Part shown: one piece after another, positions 1-7,952 of the stretch
Layout of the letters: the number at the start of each line of letters is the position of its first letter
Numbering within the stretch: the first letter of the stretch is position 1
Assembly (NCBI GenBank): GCA_965215505.1
Contig: OZ244065.1
Coordinates: 1,856,001 to 1,920,000, forward strand
Reading direction: 5' to 3'
Source of the DNA: Capsulimonadaceae bacterium
GTDB taxonomy: Bacteria; Armatimonadota; Armatimonadia; Armatimonadales; Capsulimonadaceae
DNA length: 64,000 nt
The notes under the pieces: generated by a model
The model's database searches: none
Told to the model about the DNA's origin: nothing
The model's input: the letters and a program-made list of their open reading frames with translations, nothing else
Position numbers and translations under genes: made by a program

Positions 1-1919
1 CCTACGGCGAGATCGCTTTGTCGCCGGATGCCCGCACCTTCGCCGCCTACCGCATCGACCCCGCGCCGATCAAGCCGGTCTACATGGTCGAGTCCTCGCC
101 CAAAGACGGCGGGACGCGCGGCGTGCTGCATCAGCACGAGTACGCCCAGCCCGGTGATCCGTTCCCCCTGTACGAGATGTGGGTGTTCGACACCGCCGCC
201 GGGACCGGAGTCAAGGCGCAGGTCGAGAAGACCGCGACCGGCGGGACGCCCGAACTGCACTGGCGCAAAGACGGCCGGACGTTCCTGTTCGAGCGGGCGG
301 ACCGGGGCCACCAGTTCTTCCAGATCGTTGAGATCACGGTCGGGACGGGCCGGGCCCGCATCATCGCGGACGAGCGCGCGAAGACGTTCATCAACACCAG
401 CAACGTCTACACCTACTATGCGCGGGACGCCGCCGAGGTGCTGTACGCCTCCGAAATGGACGGATGGAGGCACCTCTACCGCTATGACGCCGTGCAGGGG
501 AAGCTCGCGAACCAGGTGACGCGCGGGGACTGGGTGGTGCGGAGCGTGGACCGGGTGGACGAGGAGGCCGGGCAGGTCTGGTTCCAGGCCAGCGGCCGGA
601 ACCCCGGCGAGGACCCGTACCTGCTCCATCACTACCGGGTCAATTTCGACGGCACCGGCCTGGTCGCGCTGACCGAAGGCGACGGCACCCACGCCGTGCA
701 GTATTCGCCTGACAACGCCTACCTGATCGATTCGTACTCCCGCGCCGACCTGCCGCCCGTCCATGTGCTGCGGAAGGCGTCCGACGGCAGCCTGGTCTGT
801 CCCCTGGAGGAAGCCGACGTGTCCGCGCCGCTGGCCGGCGGCTGGCGGTTCCCGGAAGTGTTCCGCGCCAAGGGCCGGGACGGGGCGACGGACATCTGGG
901 GGATCGTCTTCCGGCCCGCCCACCTGGACCCGGCCAGGAAGTACCCAATCATCGAGAACATCTATGCTGGGCCGCAGGATTCGTTCGTCCGCAAGACCTT
1001 CGCCGTGCGCGACTCGATGCAGGCATTGGCCGACCTGGGCTTCATCGTCGTGCAGTGCGACGGCATGGGGACGCGCAACCGCTCCAAGGCCTTCCACGAT
1101 GTCTGCTGGCACGACCTCAAAGACGCCGGCTTCCCCGACCGGATCGCCTGGATCAAGGCCCTGGCCGCGAAGCACCCCTACTGCGACACGGACCGGGTGG
1201 GCGTGTACGGCACCTCGGCGGGCGGGCAGAACTCCACCGGCGCGCTGCTGTTCCACCCGGAGTTCTATAAAGTCGGCGTCTCGTCGTGCGGCTGCCACGA
1301 CAACCGCATTGACAAGCAGTGGTGGAACGAGCAGTGGATGGGCTACCCGGTCGGGCCGTGGTATGACGACAGCTCGAACATCGTCCACGCGGAGAACCTG
1401 CGCGGCAAGCTGCTCCTGCTGGTGGGCGAGCTGGACACGAACGTGCCGCCCGAGTCCACATTGCGGCTGACCGGGGCATTGCAGAAGGCGGGCAAGGATT
1501 ACGACCTGATCGTCAGCATCGGGCAGGACCACGGCAGCGGCGGCCCCTACGGCGAACGTCGCCGGCGCGACTATTTCGTCCGGCACCTGCTCGGGGTCGA
1601 GCCGCCCGACCGCAACGTGCCGGCCCCGCCCCCCGCGCCGGTCGTGCTGACGCCCCGGTCGGCCGGCGAGGAGAGCTTGGCGCAGGCCGAGGGCGGGGCG
1701 GACACCAGCATACGGTTCCACAACGGGACGAGCCATCCGGCCCTGCTTTTCTGGCTGCCCGGCGACGGCACGCGCAAGTCCTACGGGGAGATCGCGCCTG
1801 GGGAGGATCGCGAGGTCCACACCTATAGCAGCCATTCCTGGCTCGTGACCGCCAAAGACGGCCCGCCGCTGGCGGTGTTCGTCGGCGAGGAGCATCCCGG
1901 CATCGCCGAGATTCGCTGA
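1..1919 (+). CDS. S9 family (DPP IV-like) serine peptidase, 5'-truncated by the window, with C-terminal VHL-beta-like domain
   Basis: Frame open from base 3; DPPIV_N-type propeller motifs (SEMDGWRHLY); nucleophile elbow GTSAGG, Asp in GELDTNV, His in GQDHG; Pro-rich linker then extra ~70-aa domain. Confidence 0.9.
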   Translation, partial: YGEIALSPDARTFAAYRIDPAPIKPVYMVESSPKDGGTRGVLHQHEYAQPGDPFPLYEMWVFDTAAGTGVKAQVEKTATGGTPELHWRKDGRTFLFERADRGHQFFQIVEITVGTGRARIIADERAKTFINTSNVYTYYARDAAEVLYASEMDGWRHLYRYDAVQGKLANQVTRGDWVVRSVDRVDEEAGQVWFQASGRNPGEDPYLLHHYRVNFDGTGLVALTEGDGTHAVQYSPDNAYLIDSYSRADLPPVHVLRKASDGSLVCPLEEADVSAPLAGGWRFPEVFRAKGRDGATDIWGIVFRPAHLDPARKYPIIENIYAGPQDSFVRKTFAVRDSMQALADLGFIVVQCDGMGTRNRSKAFHDVCWHDLKDAGFPDRIAWIKALAAKHPYCDTDRVGVYGTSAGGQNSTGALLFHPEFYKVGVSSCGCHDNRIDKQWWNEQWMGYPVGPWYDDSSNIVHAENLRGKLLLLVGELDTNVPPESTLRLTGALQKAGKDYDLIVSIGQDHGSGGPYGERRRRDYFVRHLLGVEPPDRNVPAPPPAPVVLTPRSAGEESLAQAEGGADTSIRFHNGTSHPALLFWLPGDGTRKSYGEIAPGEDREVHTYSSHSWLVTAKDGPPLAVFVGEEHPGIAEIR

Positions 1920-1945
1920 CCCATGATCGCGGAGGGACGAGCGGT

Positions 1946-3466
1946 TTGACTCTGAGCGGCCACAACTATCTCGGGCGGAGCGCTTCGGCGATTGGGACGG
2001 TGACATTCACGGGATTCGCCGCCGCGACCGGCGAGCCGCTGGACGTCCTGTTCCACGAGGCGACGCCGCAGGAGCTGGACCGCGCCTTGACGCTGGCCGC
2101 CGGGGCGGCGGGGACCTGCCGTGCCCTCCCCGCCGCCAAGCGGGCCGAATTCCTGGAGGGCATCGCCGAAGAACTCCTGACCCTCGGCGACCCGTTCATC
2201 CGACAGGCGCACCTGGAAAGCGGCCTGCCGGAAGCGCGGCTCACCGGCGAGCGGATGCGGACGGTGAGCCAGCTCCGGCTGTTCGCCTCGGTCGTGCGCG
2301 AGGGTTCCTGGGTGGACGCCCGCATCGACCGGGCGCTGCCGGACCGGACGCCCGCGCCCCGGCCCGACCTGCGCCGGATGCTCGTCCCGCTGGGTCCGGT
2401 GGGCGTCTTCGGGGCGAGCAACTTCCCCTTCGCGTTTTCCGTGGCGGGCGGGGACACCGCCTCCGCCCTGGCCGCCGGCTGCCCGGTCGTCGTCAAGGCG
2501 CATCCGGCCCACCCCGGCACCTCCGAGATGGCGGCCCGCGCGGTCCTGGCGGCGGCCTCGGCGGCGGGGATGCCGGACGGCGTCTTCTCGATGCTGCACG
2601 GCGGCGCGGAGGTCGGCCTGGCGTTGGTCCGGCACCCGCTGCTGCGGGCGGTCGGATTCACCGGGTCCCTGGCGGCCGGGCGGGCGCTGTTCGATGCCGC
2701 CGCCGCGCGGCCCTGCCCCATCCCCGTCCACGCCGAGATGGGCAGCATCAACCCGGTCTTCCTCCTGCCCGGCGCGCTCCGGGAGCGCGGCGCGGCCATC
2801 GCCGCCGGGCTGGCGCAGTCGGTGACGCTGGGCGTCGGGCAGTTCTGCACCAACCCCGGCCTGGTCGTCGGCCTCCGCAGTCAGGGCCTGTCCGATCTCC
2901 TGGGCGAGACGGCGCGGGCGGTCTCCCGGACGCCGCCGGGGGTCATGCTGACATCGGGAATCCGTGAAGCCTATCGGCAGGGGCGGACTCGGCTGGGAGA
3001 CACGGCGGGCGTCGAGCGGGAAACGGGGGCATCCGACGCGGCGGTGTTCTCGGCCCGCGCCGAAACCTTCCTCGCGACTCCGGCGCTGGCCGAGGAGGTC
3101 TTCGGGCCGTCCACCCTGGTCGTCGCCTGCGCCGACCCCGCCGAGATGGAAGCCGTCGCGCGCGGCCTGGACGGGCAGCTCACCGCGACGGTCCACGGCA
3201 CGCCCGACGACTTCCGAGAGTTCGCGGGCGTGATCGCCCTGCTGGAGACGAAAGCCGGGCGGCTGGTCTTCAACGGCTTCCCGACGGGCGTCGAAGTCAG
3301 CCCCGCCATGCAGCACGGCGGCCCCTACCCCGCCGCCACCGACGGCCGATCCACCTCGGTCGGCACGGCGGCCCTGCTGCGCTTCGCCCGCCCGGTCTGC
3401 TGGCAGGACGCGCCCCCCGTGCTGCTGCCCCCGGCGCTGCGCGACGACAACCCGGACAAGATATAG
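1946..3466 (+). CDS. NADP-dependent aldehyde dehydrogenase, alpha-ketoglutarate semialdehyde (2,5-dioxopentanoate) dehydrogenase-like
   Basis: FGASNFPFAFSVAGGDTASALAAGCPV, FTGS, EMGSINP, GQFCTNPG, EEVFGP, HGGPYPA; possible premature TAG (see findings). Confidence 0.88.
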   Translation: MTLSGHNYLGRSASAIGTVTFTGFAAATGEPLDVLFHEATPQELDRALTLAAGAAGTCRALPAAKRAEFLEGIAEELLTLGDPFIRQAHLESGLPEARLTGERMRTVSQLRLFASVVREGSWVDARIDRALPDRTPAPRPDLRRMLVPLGPVGVFGASNFPFAFSVAGGDTASALAAGCPVVVKAHPAHPGTSEMAARAVLAAASAAGMPDGVFSMLHGGAEVGLALVRHPLLRAVGFTGSLAAGRALFDAAAARPCPIPVHAEMGSINPVFLLPGALRERGAAIAAGLAQSVTLGVGQFCTNPGLVVGLRSQGLSDLLGETARAVSRTPPGVMLTSGIREAYRQGRTRLGDTAGVERETGASDAAVFSARAETFLATPALAEEVFGPSTLVVACADPAEMEAVARGLDGQLTATVHGTPDDFREFAGVIALLETKAGRLVFNGFPTGVEVSPAMQHGGPYPAATDGRSTSVGTAALLRFARPVCWQDAPPVLLPPALRDDNPDKI

Positions 3467-3504
3467 CGCCTGCTTGACGGCCGGTGGACCCAGGAGATGA
3501 TCCC

Positions 3505-5181
3505 ATGCCCCTCCCCTCCGACGGCTTAAGCCTGGACGACTTCGACGTCTCGCCTGACCGGATGCCGGCGCTGGTCGCCCGGTTCCGGGCGGACCATGAG
3601 TGCCTGAACCGACCGTCCAAGTCGCCGCTCTCCGCACAGCGCCGGGAGCGGATGCGGCAGTTTTTGGCGGGCTGGCGTCGGACGCTGGGACGGATCCCTT
3701 TTGACGACCTGACGCGCAGTGACCGGGCCGACTGGCTGCTGCTGCGCTCCTATCTGGACGCCGAGGCGCGGGAGCTGGATCAGGAGGAGCGCGGCTCCGC
3801 CGAGGCGGCGGCGCTGCTGCCCTTCGCGGACAGCCTGGTGGCGCTGGAAGAGCGACGCCTGGCGATGGAAGACGTGGACGCCGAAGCCGCCGCCGAGACC
3901 CTGGATCACGCCGCCGGCCAGGTACGGGAACTGTGTGCCGCGCTCAAAGACGACGCGCCGGCCCCGAGCGGCACGGCGGCGGCGGAAGCCGCGCGTGTCC
4001 TCGCCCGGCTTCAGCCGATGCTGAAATCCTGGTTCGAGTTCTATCACGACTACGACCCGCTGTTCACCTGGTGGGTCGAGAAGCCGTATGCCGGGCTGGA
4101 AAAACTGCTCGCCGACGCTGCCGCCCTCGTGCGCGAATCGGCCGCCGGGGCCGGGGAGGAGGCCGTCCTGGGCCACCCGATCGGGCGTGACGCACTCGTC
4201 GCCGAACTGCACTCGGCACAGATCTCCTACACGCCGGAGGAACTGATCGCGGCGGGACGCGCCGAGACGCAGTGGTGCCGCTCGGAACTCGGGCGGGCAG
4301 CGCAGGAGATGGGGCACGGCGACGACTGGCGGGCCGCCCTGGAGCAGGTCAAGCGCGGGCACGTCGCGCCGGGCCGGCAGCCGGCCCTGGTGCGCGACCT
4401 GGCGCGGGAGGCCATGGACTATGTCGAGGCCGAGGACCTGATCGCGGTGCCGCCGCTCGCCCGCGAGTGCTGGCGCATGGAGATGATGTCGCCGGAGCGG
4501 CAGAAGGTCAACCCGTTCTTCCTCGGCGGCGAGTCCATCATCATCTCGTTCCCGACGCAGGGGATGGAGCAGGCCCAAAAGCGGATGAGCCTCCGGGGCA
4601 ACAACCGCGCCTTCGCGCGGGCGACGGTCCAGCATGAGCTGATCCCCGGCCACCGGCTACAGGCGTTCTATCAGGAGCGCTGGCGGCCTTACCGCCGGCT
4701 GTTCTACACGCCGTTCTGGACGGAGGGCTGGACGCTGCACTGGGAAATGCTTTTGTGGGAGCGCGGCTTCGCGCGGACCCCGGAGGAGCGGATCGGGATG
4801 CTGTTCTGGCGTCAGCACCGCGGCGTGCGCGTCCTCTTCTCGCTGGGCTTCCACCTGGGCCAGATGACGGCGGGGGAGTGTGTCGAGATGCTGGTGGACG
4901 AGGCGGGGCACGAGCGCGACAACGCCGTGGCCGAGGTGCGCCGCTCCCTGGAAGGCGACTACGGCCCCCTCTACCAGTGCGCCTACCTGATCGGCGGCCT
5001 CCAGATGCATGCGCTCTATCAGGAGATGGTCGGCGGGGGCCGCCTCAGCGCCCGCGACTTCCACGAGGCGGTGTTGCGCGAGAACTGCATGCCCCTCGCG
5101 ACGCTGCGCGCCCTGCTGACCGGCGGGCCGCTGGGCCACGATTTCCGGCCCGAGTGGCGCTTCTTGCGGCCCGCCAAGTGA
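3505..5181 (+). CDS. DUF885 family protein (putative metallopeptidase-like)
   Basis: HELIPGH and FWTEGWTLHWE motifs, YLIGGLQ; ATG 3505 follows AGGAG. Confidence 0.8.
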   Translation: MPLPSDGLSLDDFDVSPDRMPALVARFRADHECLNRPSKSPLSAQRRERMRQFLAGWRRTLGRIPFDDLTRSDRADWLLLRSYLDAEARELDQEERGSAEAAALLPFADSLVALEERRLAMEDVDAEAAAETLDHAAGQVRELCAALKDDAPAPSGTAAAEAARVLARLQPMLKSWFEFYHDYDPLFTWWVEKPYAGLEKLLADAAALVRESAAGAGEEAVLGHPIGRDALVAELHSAQISYTPEELIAAGRAETQWCRSELGRAAQEMGHGDDWRAALEQVKRGHVAPGRQPALVRDLAREAMDYVEAEDLIAVPPLARECWRMEMMSPERQKVNPFFLGGESIIISFPTQGMEQAQKRMSLRGNNRAFARATVQHELIPGHRLQAFYQERWRPYRRLFYTPFWTEGWTLHWEMLLWERGFARTPEERIGMLFWRQHRGVRVLFSLGFHLGQMTAGECVEMLVDEAGHERDNAVAEVRRSLEGDYGPLYQCAYLIGGLQMHALYQEMVGGGRLSARDFHEAVLRENCMPLATLRALLTGGPLGHDFRPEWRFLRPAK

Positions 5182-5537
5182 GGCTGAAAGGCGGGCCGGA
5201 AGCGAGTGTTCACTTATTGCAGCAGGTCAATATATTCCATATTTATATCTTGAATTCCTTTGTTTTGCGCGCGTGGCTGCGGCATAATACAGTTGCTCCG
5301 GCGGCCAGCCTGTGGCAGTCTTCCTCCTCGCGAGCGCGTGGCCTGCGCGGTTCATTGGTGAGCCTCTTACTCTTCCGAATCTCCTGCGCCCCTTCGGCAG
5401 CGGCGCAGACATCGCACGGTCGTCACCGTCCGCGAGTCCGACGACGGCTCATTCTCCAGCCCTTCTTCTATCGTCAGTATCATCGGTGATGCGGCCCGCT
5501 CAAGATTTCTGTCGTTTCTACTCAGAAAGGGAACCCC

Positions 5538-6333
5538 ATGGTACAGACAGACACGCCCGCCCCCCCAGAAGCGTCAGGGCTTCACCTTGATCGAACTGCT
5601 CGTCGTCATCGCGATTCTCGCGGCGATACTTTTCCCGGTCTTCCAGAAGGTCCGCGAGAACGCCCGCCGCACGTCTTGTCTCAGCAACCTCAAGCAGCTC
5701 GGGCTGGGCTTCACCCAGTATGTCCAGGACGGCGACGAGAAGTATCCGGGCCTCTCCGCCGCTGATCCGAACTTTGTTGGGCAGAGCGGCTGGGCAAGCC
5801 AGATCTATCCCTATGTGAAGAGCGTCGGCGTCTATACCTGTCCCGATGACGGCACGGTCGGCACCCCGCAGAAGACCTACAAGACTCCGCAGAAGGTGTC
5901 TTATGATGTGAACTACTACATCTATGTCGTGGACTACGGGCAATATGCGGAGGGCATATCCAATGCGACATACATAGACAACACGAACGGCGCGGCGCTG
6001 TCTCAGTTCAACGCGCCTTCAAGCACCTTCCTCTTATACGAAATCAGTGATCCGACGCCGCAGCAATACACCGGCAACAACGGGGACCCTTCCATCACCC
6101 CAATCACTGCCGCCAGTGCCTCGGGAGGATCGAGCGGCGACTACGGCTGGCTTCCTACTCGTCACGACTCGACTGCCGAGTATGCCTCCAATTACCTGGC
6201 AGCGGATGGTCATGTGAAATTCCTGAAAGCGTCCAGCGTTTCCTTCGGGACCGGCACCCCCGGCAATAGAAACGGCACGCGCACCGATAACCGGGGGTCG
6301 AAGGGGCAGGCGATCACGATCCGATTGCAGTGA
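5538..6333 (+). pseudogene. Prepilin-type N-terminal cleavage/methylation (DUF1559-like) protein, frameshifted in a C7 run in the leader
   Basis: [40 protein letters not shown] and C-terminal H..N...ADGHVK; ATG 5538 with SD is out of frame by one base at C7 5560-5566. Confidence 0.8.
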
Positions 6334-6482
6334 GGCCAGCCCTCATGTACATCAGCCGCGCGATTGCGGCCTGCTGAGACGGGGGGAGCAGTCTGATTCG
6401 ATCCCTCTCCCCCTATTCGATGGTCGCTGTTCCATCGGGAGGTAATCTCCCGACTAATAGATCGCCTAACCCTGGAGTTTCT

Positions 6483-7952
6483 ATGTCAAACCCCATCAAA
6501 CCACCCGTATTCATCGCCATCGTGGTGGCGGCCGTTCTTCTCGTCGGCCTGATCGGCTACAAACTCGTCGCGGCCGGCCACCCGCCCCTGCGAACAGATG
6601 CCGCTTCCCAAGAGTTGTATGCTTCATACGCAAAAGCGCGGGCGCAAAAGCTGGCAGGCGGCAAGGGGATGCCGCCGGCCCGACACACCCCTGAAACACT
6701 CCTGAGAACCATCACGATGAAGCACGGCACCCCGGTACTGGCGGCGGTCACATTCCTGCTCGGAGCGCTGGCCGCCGGGGGAGACGGCGGCACACCTCTC
6801 CCCCTGCTGCGGGCGAATTACCCGAAGATCGTCGCCATCGCCCCGCCCGGAGACTGTTTTTTCACCAAAATGCTCGATTTCCACGGCATCCCGATTAAAG
6901 CAAGCTCGGTCGTCTCAGATGAGGCCCTCGATGCGGCCTATGACCGGCTGGCACTCGAACTGGCACACCTCCCCGTAGTGACCGTCAACCTCGTGGCGGC
7001 GGGCGCGCAGCTCCAGATCATCGGCAAAGATCAGGTCACTTCGGACCTGCCGGAGTTCCGCGCCCTCAAGGGCAGACCCCTTCCGAAGTACAACGGCCTG
7101 ACCATTGGCCAAAGGACGCGCGGCATGGGCGGTCTGGAAACGTCCTGCGGGGAGGAGCACCTGCTGAAATTGGACAAAGACCGCTACCGGGGACGCGACA
7201 TCTGCCTGCACGAGTTCGCCCACTGCATCCGAGATCACGGCATACAGGCGGAGATCGTCGCCCGCGCCTGCCCCCCATCTCCGGCTCGGTATGCCTCCTA
7301 CCTCAGCGCCTGGGCATTGGTCAATTCCGGCACGCCGGAGTCGGGCTACGGCTACTGGTACCCCGGCCTGGAAAACGACGGTGGGGCGGGGGGCGGGTTC
7401 GAGCCGGCCCCGACCGGGACGACGTGGCTGGGCCAGCCACACCACCGCGGCTCCTGGTATTACTCCTGCGAGGAGAATCCCGGCTACTGCGGCGCATTGC
7501 GGACCGCCGCCACCATTCTGACGGATGACCCCATCTTCGGGCGATTCTGCTTCGGGGGCGACTGGCGCAGGACGACGGCGGGCCTGGAAGTCATCCCGAA
7601 GGACGGGCTGCGGAAGCGGTTCCATGCCCTGATCGGCGGCAGGCTGCACCTGGTCTCGGAAACGGATCGCTTTCCCGCCGGACGTCCCATCATCGTCCGG
7701 GAAACCCTCTCGGAGATTCGCTTCTCTCTGAAAAGCGATAACCCGGCACCGCACACCGCCGCCGTCCGCCTGTCGGGGCTGCCGCCGGGCGGATATGTCG
7801 TCAGTGCCGCCGACGGGAGCGGACTGACGGCGGAACAGGGCAAAACAAAGATCATCGCGGGCCAGGAAACCCTCCTGGGGCTGCCGATGGCCGGCAACGG
7901 CAGCCGGACGTTCCTGCTGAAGCGGCAGACAAGAGAAAGAGTTCCAAGTTGA
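6483..7952 (+). CDS. Chimeric ORF: small membrane protein + truncated HExxH zinc peptidase + C-terminal part of a DUF5695-like protein
   Basis: TM segment after ATG 6483 (GGAG SD); second signal-peptide-like start at 6717; HEFAH at 7209-7223; then YASYLSAWALVNSGTPESGYGYWYPG...DDPIFG. Confidence 0.55.
   Translation: MSNPIKPPVFIAIVVAAVLLVGLIGYKLVAAGHPPLRTDAASQELYASYAKARAQKLAGGKGMPPARHTPETLLRTITMKHGTPVLAAVTFLLGALAAGGDGGTPLPLLRANYPKIVAIAPPGDCFFTKMLDFHGIPIKASSVVSDEALDAAYDRLALELAHLPVVTVNLVAAGAQLQIIGKDQVTSDLPEFRALKGRPLPKYNGLTIGQRTRGMGGLETSCGEEHLLKLDKDRYRGRDICLHEFAHCIRDHGIQAEIVARACPPSPARYASYLSAWALVNSGTPESGYGYWYPGLENDGGAGGGFEPAPTGTTWLGQPHHRGSWYYSCEENPGYCGALRTAATILTDDPIFGRFCFGGDWRRTTAGLEVIPKDGLRKRFHALIGGRLHLVSETDRFPAGRPIIVRETLSEIRFSLKSDNPAPHTAAVRLSGLPPGGYVVSAADGSGLTAEQGKTKIIAGQETLLGLPMAGNGSRTFLLKRQTRERVPS

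Noticed and set aside
3464-3466. Genome-wide TAG recoding (pyrrolysine or alternative code)
   Set aside because: TAG serves as a normal stop for several intact genes here (e.g. ADH, ilvC, leuB, ilvB) and no pyl genes are seen
5200-5530. Riboswitch or operator in the AT-rich region and long leader before the prepilin-like gene
   Set aside because: A TATTG-N8-CAATA palindrome and CATAAT are present, but single-copy and matching no family I recognise
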